Assembly: GCA_049999805.1 (NCBI GenBank)
Contig: JBNGIO010005977.1
Span: forward strand, 42,077-106,076
DNA: 64,000 nt
DNA from: Folioceros fuciformis
Taxonomy: Eukaryota
Direction: 5' to 3'
Shown: piece by piece, positions 12,401 through 24,845 of the stretch
How the letters are laid out: each line of letters begins with the position of its first letter
Position numbering within the stretch: the stretch's first letter is position 1
Translations under genes and position numbers: made by a program
Notes under the pieces: model-generated
Seen by the model: the letters and a program-made list of their open reading frames with translations, nothing else
Told to the model about the DNA's origin: nothing
Database searches by the model: none

Positions 12401-14281
12401 CCTTTCACCTGCTGAAACATAATCTTTAGCTTCCCTGGCTGCAGCTTCTCGTGCTTTGGCTTTCCTACGCTCCTTGAGCTGCATGAGGTTGTCGGAGACG
12501 GCATGCACGACAACCAATATTATAGCCAACAGAATCTGTGACCATGGAAGCTCGCTGTCAGTTTCAGATGCTGAATACAAAACAGTAAGCTTGAGAACGG
12601 ATTTCAAGTGGCCTAAAGCATCCAAGAGCTTCGAGACCATACAATTATGATGATGCCAAAGCTTGCCAGATTCTGCTTTTCCTCGCCTTTACCGCATATC
12701 GTCAGCTTCGAACAAGCTGCACTTCCACAAAGCCAAAACCAGCACGACAATAAGAACAGAATAGATGCCAAGCATGCTTGCACCTCCTAGACCTCCAACA
12801 CAATTAACTTGCTAATAAAGAAGTTGATCATGGACAACTGGCTGGGCTGCGGTTTCTTACTGCTTTGCTGCAAAGCACCCAACCTACAGAAATGCCTGCG
12901 TTATCCAACAAACCCAGTTATAAGAAGGCACACACCACGGAAGGCTAATACACGTCCCACTCTGCTGATGTATAGAAGGCATCAAGGCCGTCACATAGAA
13001 AAATCACACGAAAATTACCCTTTGCTGCAATTCTCCTTCTCGATGGGAGAAGGGCAGAAGAACCCACCCTGACAAAAGATTCCTAACGACTCACCCACGG
13101 TTGACCACCTAGCAGCCCCTCCACACCCCTGTGGTGGCCGCTGGTAGCCGTATCTGTTTGCCATGAACGTGACTCAATCAGCTATGTTCTTCCACGTTCT
13201 TCCAAAAACGCAACGCCGACTGCAGATCTCCATGTAAACAGGAGCTACAAACTAGACAAGACACTGAAAGAGACGACGCTACATGTACATACGGTTCACA
13301 TCGACCAGTCTTGGGATTGTCCTCTGCCCGAGGACAATAAGCTCCGTTAGGACAAGCTGCGGGAAAGAAAAGGCCACACCAGTTTGTCAGCCATCTCCAC
13401 CTTTACAAGCACACCAAACCAACTCTACTGAGGAGGCCCACTTACGCATCATGCAGGTGAGACCACCGGGGCAGAAGAACCCGTCACAGCAGGGTGCCGG
13501 ATTACGTAGACGAACTGGAATGAAGTTAGGATCTGAAACTGGTGGTGGAGGTGCAAAGGGCGAGGTAGAGGTGGCATCGGTGCTGGCTGCCCAACCAGGA
13601 CTGCACGCCCAGCTGCTGTTGGTCTCATTGCAGTTCGGGCTGGGCAGGAAGTCTGTCTGCTGCGTAATACTGTCGATGTACAACCTCACTTCTCCGGCGG
13701 AACACAAACGGTTCTGAAAATCTAAATCAGCTGCAGAGACAGACTCACGTCAGCCCAGCCATCGCAGGTGAACTCCAATTCCACCCAACCCAACACAACA
13801 CAATGCCTTTCGAGCTTACTGACATACTTGACTGAGCAGCACACTTCGTGATGAAAATGTTGTTCTCGTACTTGAATGCGTCGTCCCGGTCCTTCTCCCT
13901 GCAACCCCAGATCGACCCCACACAGCGTGTCACTGGGAATTCCCACGAGCCTGACAAAACCCACCACCCCATCCACGCTCCCACTTACACATCCACGATA
14001 CAGAAGTCCAGCGTCTCCTTGACCTGACCCGTGAGCTTGGCCGTGAGCTCGTTCAGAACGTCGGCATTCGTGGGCGAAACCGGGAGCCCGGGCGGCGCCA
14101 CGCCAACCCCGGGCGGCAGCGGCGGGCCCGGCGGGATCTCAAGAGAAGGAGGTGGCAGATTAACGTCGAATCCTGGGGGGAACGTCGCGGTCGGCGGCTG
14201 CCCAGACACCAGCGCCGCCAACACCGAAATCGCCAAGACCCAGACCATCCTACCCCCTGCCCCTCGGGAATACCCACCCAT
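9427..14281 (-). CDS. Half-size ABCG transporter, ABCG24/ABCG28-type with signal peptide and Cys-rich N-terminal extracellular domain
   Basis: Signal peptide and Pro-rich N-terminus, Cys-rich [15 protein letters not shown], Walker [10 protein letters not shown], signature ISGGQRKRV, Walker [13 protein letters not shown], and C-terminal TM exons ending ...[10 protein letters not shown] (stop 9427-9429). Confidence 0.92.
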
Positions 14282-17200
14282 CTCTCCCGCTACCTCGATT
14301 CCCGACTCCTGGATCGCCCGCTCTCCATGCAGCCCGGATGCTCCTCACAGTCCACAATCCGGCAAAAGCCCAGTCGCCAATCCACTTCTCTACAACCCAC
14401 AACCCCTGATCCCGATCAATCCCAACTTCCGAACCACAACGCCCACGCCTTAGCTGAGCACAGAAATGAGCTTCCTTCCGCCCGTTTTCGATGTGCAGAG
14501 ATACCGAGCTCTTCGGGAGCCGCTCAGCGATTTCGCCAGGAGTGTGGGCGGCCGAACTGCAATGAGGCGCAAACCAGGGGAAGTGTCCGCGAATTTTACC
14601 AAGCAACGGAGATTCTCGCACGCGAGATCGGCACCCCAGTTGCCGTTGCCCGAGACTGCACCTTCCAAGGGCGTGGGATCTGAGTATCGTGGGTCGTACG
14701 ATCCACCCGAATACGCCTCCATTTTGTATTTAATCCTTTTATACAACACACCCCAACAGGCGTCGGTTTTCCGTCCAGTCTCGTGCGCGGCTTCTAGGCT
14801 TTTCCCGGTCACCTGGCGCCTTTACTTTCGAGGTCCACGAAGACTCTGACATGCCGTCTGAACAAAGCACACTGCAGTTTCTAGGACAGCCGGATCGCTC
14901 TGCCTCGAAGCGTCTATCATCCCTTAGAGCGTCAGACTGTCCCATGGTTTTGGTCTCCGGATAAAGCATTCTGGCAGCACCGAACCTGCTCCGGTTGCGA
15001 TTCCCACTTTTTCCAGGACTGATCGGGATACCATTCCCTTGTGACAAATACGCTGATAGTCCTCCGTTCCCGTCGGCGAGAGTCATCATGAGGGTGCAAT
15101 CTTTTAGTGCAATTGGGGATATAGTACGTGTGTATCCTGTACATTTTTTTTTGTGATTGTGAATTCGCGATGGGCATCTGGCTCGGGCGGGCTGGGAGAC
15201 GTGAAGAAGGTGAGGATAAGATGTGACATGGGGTGAAATGGTTGGACGCGTTCAACGCACGGAGGTCGCGCCAGCTGCGAGGCATGTAAAGACTTTTGGA
15301 AGGCGGGGCCGAATAACGCGGAGCTTCATAAATAAAATTGATTGATTGGCGCTACTATATGTAAACTATATGGCGGCATACCCATCCGCATCTTTGGGTA
15401 TTTGTTCATCATCCTCACTTTCGAAGCAGTTGCCCAAAGTGGTCAATCAAAGTGGAGATTCTTGTTGCTCTATCATGAGGACAATGATGTCATCCCTCAT
15501 CTCTTCATGGCCTGGCAACAAACTACGGTCTTGCATGAAGGGTCAATTGAGAAAGTTTCAAGTTGCTCTAGGTCCCATGTCTCATCATCAAAATGCCACG
15601 GTGCCACCTTCTTCAAATCCTTAGCGGGTGCATGATTAGATTCCTTTCTCCTTCCCTTCCGTCTTCTTCTTTGCATGTTCTTGCATTCAACAAAGTTCTT
15701 GGAGGTCCATCGTTGTAGTCTTCCCTTTTACCATTTGCATTACGTGCGTCCATAGTTTTGCTGACTTTATACTGGAAAGCTCTCGAGCAAAAAATGCGAA
15801 TGCCCTCGTCTGTGAGGCTTCGTCATTAATTCTTCCTCATTCGATGGAACCACTTCATAGCCTAACACGAAAAATTTGCAAGGGAGGGAATATGCATGAA
15901 GGGTGGCAAGTGTACAATATTCTTGTAGTGAGATCAATGGTGATGTCAAATTTGGCTTGTTTTGCACCTTTGTCGAAAACGAAGGTTGGAAAACAAGGTT
16001 AGCCTACTAGCCAAGACACGCAATTTCATCTCACGTAGTGTTCACACATTATTGGTGATTTGTGAGCAATGCCTTGGAATACTTGTTTTAAGCCCATGTG
16101 GCAAACCATGCATGCAGGCCATCCTGATTTCAAAGCAAAGGTATAAGTGTTATAAGGGGGGGAGGAGGGTGGACAAAGATGCATGATACTGAGGACGCGG
16201 GGAAAAACTATTTTACATAGTCTTTGCAAAACACGAGAAAGCCACCAAAGATTTAGTAGGGGGCACAAAACGCCAACCAGCCAACCCTTTGGCCCTCCCA
16301 CTCTCTCCTCGGTGCCATGGCACGAAGGTGGACACACTGTAAAACAAGGTTGGACTGCAAAACATGGGATGGGTAGCCCTTTATGTGCAAATGCCCTTAA
16401 ACCGAGAAAGAGCAACGAGGCTCAGGGGTAGGGTTGGGGATTGTCTTCTTGATAGCTATAATGAGGCCATTGGTGCGACGTGATCGCATGAGTAGTGGTC
16501 TCAATCAGATTTTTATTCAAGGAAAATGAAGGCTTAAAACGTAGGTTGCACAGAAATGCTCTATACATTAGCCAAAAGTGTGTGAAGACCATGCACCCTA
16601 TACGGTGCATGTTCTGATTGCCACCAAAACGTAGCACTTGACAAGGTTTTAATTGATGGGGGTCTAGTGATATAGAGTTTTAAGTGCCTTTTTTGTGCAT
16701 AGGGCAAAAAAGCGGAGGTGAGGGAAGTAAGGCCACTGGGTCTAGACGCCCACCGAAGTTGGTTATGCATAGAGCGTGAGAGATGTCCAAACATCAGAGC
16801 AAAAGCTATTTGTACCCGCGGAAGTACATAATGCTGGCAATCGATGGGACGGATTAAAAGAAGACATAGATTCCACACTTTTTACGATGGCCCAAGAACC
16901 TATGTGACGAAAGCTAAGTGGCAATGCATGTAGTGGGGTGTATAGTGCACAACTTTGTGTACAAAGCGAAAGCATACCTGCATTTGGCAAACTTGTGGAA
17001 CGATGCAAACTTGACTATAGCAATCATCCATGATGTCATTCACACATATGCCGATGTATTGCCAAAGGTTCTACACATACAACTGAACAACACATGCAAA
17101 GAGAATAAGAACCAACTGCTCTTGGCATACCTGAATATGCTTGTGGATATGGGAACGTTTGACAAAATCAAGGTTGGGTTTTTGCTTATGGGCTACATGC

Positions 17201-17651
17201 ATGACCAAATAGACCAGATGTTTTCATGTTTCTTGAAGAGCTTATAGCACAAAGAAGCACACATAATGCCTTCTTTAGTAGATATTCCGCAGAATGCATA
17301 CACGCCTACTCTAGAGGTGAAGGTCCTAACAAAAGTCCCAAATTTCATATCCTTTGTGTGGCCAGTTCGAAGAGGAGAGGGAGGTAGTTCTTACAAAACA
17401 GCGATGCGACATTTGAATGATCTCTCATTCTAACATCAATTCAAAATAACTCGTGAGCAGAGAGGGCACTGGAGGCTCATGATAGTGATACGTAAGCAGT
17501 ATTCGATGTCTCCCAGTTGGAAGATAGATGGAGGCTTAGAGTTTTTGAAATTTGTCCCCATGGCTACTATCTCCTTTGCACCACTCCTCTCTCTACAAGC
17601 AAGGAACAAGAAAGGAAGTAATACTAATATGCAACTAGTAGCCGGGGCTAC

Positions 17652-17902
17652 TATCATGAACCGGATTTCATCGAGCAAGGAACAGATACGAGAATGCTAA
17701 AAATTTAGTCCCCTTGCTAACCACAGAGCTGGGCATAAAAGCTCGAGCTTGCGGAGTACATGCCTCGGATTGCGGTGATAACTTCGCCTTGATCGTGGCT
17801 TAGAGCAGTTTATCCGCCCAAGACAATTACTACTATCGCCGTGATCGCTATGATTGTGGCTTACAACGGGTTATTTGCCTCTAATGGCGCTTGCCCGCGA
17901 CA
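17652..17902 (-). repeat. 3' LTR of the chromovirus-type element
   Basis: Direct repeat of 21151-21399, roughly 10% diverged by eye. Confidence 0.9.
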
Positions 17903-18543
17903 ACTTGCCCCAGGGGAGAAGAGGCTACGTCCTCGAAGCCGAGGAGACGTAGGTGATGAGCATGAGCATAGGCACGAATAAGGTCAGGGGAACGAGAAAG
18001 GTTGACAAGGGGTTCCCAAGAGGCATCGCTAATAGGGAAACCCTTCCACAGCACTAGGAACTCATACCGATGGCAAATACGGCGATGGCGGAGGAGGCTC
18101 TCTACTTTGTACGCGAGGCCATCACATGTATCTACCGAGGCTGGGACAGCAGGTGGGGGGCCATGATACAATTTGAACAAGGAAACATGAAAGATAGGAT
18201 GAATACGAGATTCAGGAGGAAGGGCAAATTCATAGGCAACAAGGCCAATGCGCATGAGGATATGGTAAGGACCAATAAAGCGAGGGAAGATCTTACGAGT
18301 CCTCGAGAGGCACAGATTCCGGGTAGACAGCAAAACATAGGTCCCTACCGTAAACTCCTGAGGGCGCCGACGCTGATTGGCATATTAGGCTTGGAGATTT
18401 TGGGCCTCATGAGTGAACTGGCGAGCCTGCTGTTGGACTTGAGTACGCTGGGTGAGAAAATTGGTAGTAGCAGGAACACAAGCGGTGGAAGGCAAAGAAG
18501 GAGAAGGCAACGATCGGAGGGAAAGGGATGATCCGAGAGAGGA

Positions 18544-18653
18544 GAGGAGAGTGTTGAGAGGCACTGATATGAGGAGAGTGTTGAGAGGCACTGATATGAG
18601 GAGAGTGTTGAGAGGCACTGATGATTTTTAATAGTCTTGAGAGGCACTGATGA
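18544..18653. repeat. 27-bp tandem repeat (GAGGAGAGTGTTGAGAGGCACTGATAT), 3 copies plus a partial one
   Basis: Directly visible in the sequence. Confidence 0.85.
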
Positions 18654-18693
18654 TTGTTGGTAGGGGCAACAGTGTCCAAGGGGTAGCGGGCAA

Positions 18694-18750
18694 TTAGGGT
18701 TAGGATTAGGTTGGATTAGGTTTAGGTTAGAGTTAGGTTTAGGCTAGAGT
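18694..18750 (+). repeat. Degenerate telomere-like TTAGG(G)/TTTAGG tract
   Basis: TTAGGGTTAGGATTAGGTTGGATTAGGTTTAGGTTAGAGTTAGGTTTAGGCTAGAG. Confidence 0.6.
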
Positions 18751-19159
18751 CAGGGGCTGCTTAGATTAGAGAGAGACTGCTGGGTGATTGACTGAGGCTA
18801 ACCCTAGTAGACAGAGATGGAGGTTTGGGCTAGGGTAGTATAAGAGGCCAGACCTGCCATTGAGAAGGGGGTAGTCTTATGGTGTGAATTCCTTTAACCT
18901 TATGTGCAAGCTACCGGATTAGAGTGGCTGATCTGGTATGAAATTAACCAAGGGCTTGATCCCCCTTGCCATTAGGGGGACATGGTGGATCCTTAGACTA
19001 CCGAGATCCGTGTGGCTGGATCCACAATGGTTGATCATTTTGCAGGCTAGCTGAGGTGAGGTGGTAGGGCCGTGAGCCAAGAAGGCTATTCAGCCCTAGT
19101 CCTCATGCCTCTACCTTGAAGATTGCAAGGGGATAGGCTGTTGTGTCCTAAATTCTAGG

Positions 19160-19410
19160 AGTGAGATGAAGAGAAGTGTGGAGGTGTTGGAGTGATTTAA
19201 AGTGAAGTGTGGACGTGTTGGAGTGAGTTGAAGTGAAGTGCTAAAGTGGTAGATGAAGTGCTGGAGTGTTGAAGTGTGAAGTGAAGTGTTGGAGTGAAAA
19301 AGTGAAAAAGTGAAGTACTGAAGTGAAGAAGTGAAGGACTGAAGTGAAGAAGTGAAGAAGTGAAGGACTGAAGTGAAGAAGTCAAGAAGTGAAGGACTGA
19401 AGTGTTGGAG
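19160..19410. repeat. Degenerate (GAAGT)n / GTGAAG low-complexity tract
   Basis: Repeated GAAGTGAAGAAGTGAAGGACT units. Confidence 0.8.
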
Positions 19411-21150
19411 CATGGAATAGGTATGCTGAACTGAAGATAGGGCTAAGGATTCTAACCTGTTTGCTGTAGCGTGGTCAGGGTTAAGAACCGGCTGATAGTT
19501 AGGATCATATTAGAGAATTGTAGGTAACCTTGACACTAGTTCACTCCCTTGGGAGCAAATGTTAGCACTGCAACGATAATAACTTGGGGAAATGTGGCCC
19601 CTTGGTGGTTCTTGGGTGTAAGAATCACTCCACACCGTCCACCTTTGATAACTAAGTGTCGACCGTGGACTACGAGGGTGAGCTCCCTCCCACGCCAAGC
19701 TATGGTGGGTTTCCAATCTTCGAGCCATGGCATCCCTAGAATCAAGTCATTACCATTTCTTAAGTCTGTAATGGTAAAATAAATTCGCTCATAGTGAGCC
19801 CCTATTCGTAAACTAACTACACAACTCAATGTTGCCTGATGTTGCATACGCCTGTCTCCCAAGTGTACTGCTCCACAACCCCGCCTGGTATCCAATCCCC
19901 ATCGTTGGGTGAAACCTCTGACCATAAAGTTGGTGTTAGCACCACAGTCAAGTAAAATGTGACAAGGCTGACTATTTACCTGTCCTTCTAAGGTGAACAA
20001 CCCTATTCGCGGGCTTCGGTGGGTATTCACCATAGGAATATCACCAGGAAGCTGCCCTAGCCCAACATGTTTCTTAGGACTGTTGGGTAGATTCGTTTCT
20101 CACCTCTACAACCCCCTGCAACTCGCTGACATACTGAGCTGTAGGTGGAGCTCGTGCCCCGGCAGCTTGCAGCAGCCCCCGTCCGTGACCACCTTGGCCT
20201 TGAGTAGGTCGTCGCGGACAATTCCTAGCACGACGACCCCACTCATTACAACTATAACACTGTCCTAAAACCGCCTGTGTCTGTTCCATAGGGGCTGGTC
20301 CACCTCCAGATTTCAAGGCCCCAGGATTTCGTAGCTTATACCAGCCTCTAAATTCATGGTATAAAGCATTAGCTGACTTCGTAGTCTGAACTGCTTCCTC
20401 GAATGTGTGACATCGCTTTATAACAATGTCCTCGCAAACGGCATATTTCAAACCCCGAGAATACCTATCTAACTTCTCTTCATCCGTGATGCCCAGAAGG
20501 CTCATGATGATCGTGCAAAATTGGTGAATGTATGCCACAACCGTTGTCAGTTGTGTCAATCGAGCCAGCTTCTCCCGAGCGACTTGCCTTGCTTCCAAGG
20601 TCACAAATTGTGCATGGACTTGTTGTAGAAACTCGTCAAGGCTCCAAGGCGCTGCAGCCGCCCCCTGCGAAATCGATTGAAGCAACTGCACCCACTACAA
20701 TAGGGCCGCTCCCTTAAGGTATGTAGCTGCCGTCTATACCTCCCGCCCCGCGTCAACCTTGCTTAGTTGAATATATGTCCGCACTTGATGAATCCAAAGC
20801 TCGACCTCCATAGAATCCCCCTTGCCTTCGAAATTGTCAGGCCTAGAGATCTTTGACCCATCCACTACCCGTTGTGGCTGACGTTGAGCAGCTGCAACTG
20901 TTGCGGCCGTTGTAGCTTGTATAGCCAGGGCCTCCAACTGGGCTACGTGGGAGTCCCCCTCCGCACAATGCGTCTCGAATTACCTTAGCTCATGGTGAGC
21001 TTCGGCAAGCATCTGGGCCAATCAAGTAGAATCGAGATCGACTCCCTCCATGGCGATCCTTGTGATGACACAATAAGCGGCCCACACACCCCTACCTTAA
21101 ACCCAAGGCTCTGATCGGTTGCACCGATCGACCTGGGCTTTGATACCAGT

Positions 21151-21399
21151 TGTTATGAACTAGATTTCATCGAGCAAGGAACAGATACAGGAACACACTT
21201 GCATTAGAAATCAGTCCCCTTACTAGCCACAGAGCCGGTCATAAAAGCTTGAGCTTGCGGAGTACATGCCACGGATTGCGGTGATAACCTCGCCTTGATC
21301 GTGGCTTATAGCGGTTTATCCGCCCGAGACAACTACTACTATCGCCGTGATCGTGGCTTACAGCGAGTTATCTGCCTCTAATGGCACTTGCCCGTGACA
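21151..21399 (-). repeat. 5' LTR of the chromovirus-type element
   Basis: TG...CA termini with an adjacent PBS. Confidence 0.9.
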
Positions 21400-24300
21400 G
21401 TTACCCACTTGAAGAAGGGCCTTACCAGGTTGCTCGCCTACATATTGATAGAGGACAAACTATGGTGGGATGAGTTCTAGGAAACCCAATATGTAGTAGT
21501 AAAAATGGTAGAGAACAAAATAGAACTCCCCTTACATGTTCCGTGGAAATGGTTTTCAAGGGATGCAACCAAGGAGAGTGCTGAACCATTGCAAATGCCT
21601 GATGAAACATATCTTGACAAGGCAGTGCTAAGGGAACTCCCACAGAGGGACATGTACATAGGCAACTACTGGTGGCCCATACAACAACAACAACAGATAG
21701 ATTGCGTGAACGGTGATCTATCTGAGATAAGGGAGGGAATGTTCATTGCTACACCATTCTGCACAAATACACACAATTGGCCTTTCTGGATAGGAAAAGT
21801 AGAGGAAGTGCAAGTGGAAGGTGTCAAGCCAAGCTTGCTCGTCCATTGGTACCAAACTGAACATACAAATGCATATGAAGGGAAGTATGTAGAAGAATTC
21901 ATTGTGAGAAGGAATAAGCCGCATGACGACGGTAGGGCAAGCCAGCAAGGGCGCAAGGCTAAACACCCGAAAAATATTCAAGAGTTGTTTATGGATGAGA
22001 CTATTATCCTCTATTATGGTTTCAACCTTACAGCAAGAAAGCATATTTATGCCACTGATAGAAAGGGGATTCGAGATAAATTCCATCAGTTTCGTGGGAT
22101 GATAAAACCCCCAAGTGACCCCCAGACAGCAGGTAGTGACAAGGAGTTATGGTAGATGCTTATTGGCGGAGGCCTCCGCCTGCCCGTATGTAGGTTGCCA
22201 AGAAGTGAACGCAGGTGAAACAGGGTGCCATGCCATTTTAGGATGAACCATTGGCATGCACCTTCACCTTGGGACGGTGAGTGTCCTTGATAGTGAGAAG
22301 TTGGCATTGCCATCTGTTAGTGAACGAGGGTTGAAATTGACTAAACCCGTTACCGCGCATAAGATAGATGATGGTAGATAGCCACCATGTTTGGAGTGCA
22401 AGGAAATAAGGAACGTGATCCCGTACCGTTTGTACTTTGGTTAGTGCTACTGTAACAAAATTTTGTCTACCTTATGTACAGCTATGTACGGAGTTTCGGT
22501 TGCAATGGGTTGTAGTACATGATCCTAACACTACCCACATCTGAATATGTAACCTGCCTTCATCATGCAAGTGGGGCGGTGGCAGGTGCCCAGGCGACCG
22601 GCGCCTTCCGACGCACAACTTTCATGATGAAGACAAGTTTCCATATTCCAAGGTGGGAAGATCATGGGTCCATACAAAAGTGGTATGGCGAATGAAAATA
22701 GGGAGGACATGTCCCTACTATCGGACCTAGGACTTTGGTTGTCCAACAAGGATTCGCATAATATCGTGAAACAATAAAGAAGACACCTGCACGGACGGTG
22801 TATGTTATGGGTACAAAACTGCACATTGTGGGTGTGTTACCCGAGTGTCGTACCATTACTGGGATAGACTAACCTCTATTATATCACTTGCGTACAACTG
22901 CCTGTCCATGGTTGAACAACAAGTTTGCAACATATGGACCTGAAAGTAGGGATTGCAATACATGTCCTGGACCAATCCGAGTTTCTTAAGGCATTCACCC
23001 TCTTGAGCTTCATTCAACCCTTTGAAGCTTTGTCGTGTTACATACTCGAAGACTTTCCTTGCCTTCACCTTACAAGGTGAAAGCAAGGACAACAAGCACA
23101 ACATCTTCTCCTTCCTCGCCCTTTGTGTCGTTGGATGCTTGCCTCCATCACCTCCGCCTCCTAGTCAAGGGCACAATGCTCGAAGGTAGAGGATTGCAAA
23201 CTTCTCACTACCATTAGAGTTAGAGGTCTATAGGTAATTGCAAATTGCTTTGTATAAAGGATGTGGCGAGGACAACAAGCAAGTGATGAGAAGGACAAGA
23301 GTAGGATGATTCCAATGCAAGGGGGAGGGGATCATAGGGCAATCACATCACTAAACATTGGAGAAGCTCTCGCTATAACGGAAATTGGAAAGTAGGTTTT
23401 GTGCTTGCCCCTTTTCCTCCATTTAATTAAAATAATGAAAGGGATGGAGTGGAGTCAAATGATTTTGGAAACCTCATTTGCACCAAGAGCCGGTAGTGGC
23501 ATGCAAGTGTGCCTCACCAGATCGCTATAGTGTTTAGTAGTACCATGACTAGGTGGATAGCTAAATCTTCAAGGCACTCGAATAAGTATGTTGTAGAATG
23601 TTAAGTACATGTTAGTATTATGTATGCCTTTAGTGTGCTTGATCACATTTATAGAGAGCAATGTTTTGACACCACTAGGCCACTGACTCATCAAAGAGTT
23701 GTTCTATATCATCCCTCCTTGAAAAATAATAACTTTTCTATCAACATCCTCTTATGATGTTAACAACCATGCCATGATAAGGATTGAGGAAACTACATGG
23801 CAATCCCACAACACACGTTATTTATCATTAGATTGGGAGTAAAAAAGAAGACCAAAGTAGTTGAAGGTAACCATAAAATTTATCTCACCTCTGTGAGGAT
23901 AGTTGAATTTTCCATCTTTTTTTTCTCAAGTAGAGGAGAAATTGAATACATGATTGTTTCAAGAAATTGGAAAGAGGAAGAACCAAACTCAATAATTGTT
24001 GCTTGGTTTTTTTTATAAATAATAAATCTTAATACAGCTAAACAGGTATTAAAGTGGGAGTAGATATGGAGAAGTGACGGAAGTATGAGCATGCCTCAAG
24101 CAGGCATGGTGCAAGAGACCAGGAACACAGCGGGTAGTGGTGAGCATGGAGGACGGGTCATTTCTTTACAAATAATATTTTACAATTTATACGTAACATA
24201 CTATATATCTCAATTCCAATAAAATCCATTGTAGGTACTGTGCCCAGCCTAACCCGTGGCCTGGCTAAAGCGTTACCTGTCACCGGCAAACCCTATCTTG

Positions 24301-24845
24301 ACATATTTACGAAGTCTTCTCGTCCAGTCTAGCGTCCCTCCGAACGAGCTTGTTCCGTGATGAGACGCTCCGGATCGGCACCAACAAGTGGGTCGGTATA
24401 GGTGGGTGACTAGGTCTCATGATTGAGACAAACACCCGGAAATCTGACGAGAGAATAATATAATGTGCTCCTTCCTAGGCCCGCTGCTGCCATTGCCAAC
24501 TGTGGTCGCACGAGCGGATCTTATAATTTCGTAACTCGCTAACTCCAGAAGCTTTAATTTCTGGCGAACGACATTGGCCAAGAGCAATTCTCGTCCCCCT
24601 CCCGGCAAGGAAAAGTAGGATGTCTCTGCAAGAGCAAACAAGGAAAACAAGACTTCTGGCCACTGAGCGGGAAATCTACAGGCTGAGGGGAATCACTAGA
24701 TTTCGTCTCCACCATTGAGGAAAGGATACTCGTCCACACGTCAAAACATGCGACAAACCATGATTCAGCCTGGCTCCTGTCTTTAGTTGACACTAGAAGG
24801 CAGAGATCTCTAGGCTGTAAGCTTGTAGCTGAATTATAAAACACG

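Larger units (their letters stand above)
17652..21399 (-). mobile_element. Non-autonomous Ty3/gypsy chromovirus-type LTR retrotransposon (gag, protease, integrase C-terminus plus chromodomain; no RT, RNase H or integrase core seen)
   Basis: LTRs at 17652-17902 and 21151-21399, TSD GCTAC/GTTAC, and tRNA-Met PBS TGGTATCAAAGC (minus, 21137-21148). Gag 20074-20937 has a decayed zinc knuckle, the protease has LLDCGA, and the integrase tail reads GPYHI...HPIFHVSL followed by chromodomain YKVESLLRHR...YEFLVLWKGFPISDASWEP. Confidence 0.9.
16780..22155 (+). mobile_element. Decayed DNA-transposon transposase (Sola-like / DUF7869-type RNase H fold), split by an LTR element at 17652-21399
   Basis: Motifs LAIDGTD*KKT*IPHF, VLHIQLNNTCKENKNQ and FLLMGYMHDQIDQMFS, with several in-frame stops. 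The frame is continuous across the insertion (…VAGAT|HLKKGL…) into ORF 21505-22155. Element ends were not identified. Confidence 0.7.

Noticed and set aside
15300..16700. Left terminus/TIR of the Sola-like element
   Set aside because: No convincing inverted repeat with the 23.4-23.7 kb region was found by eye.
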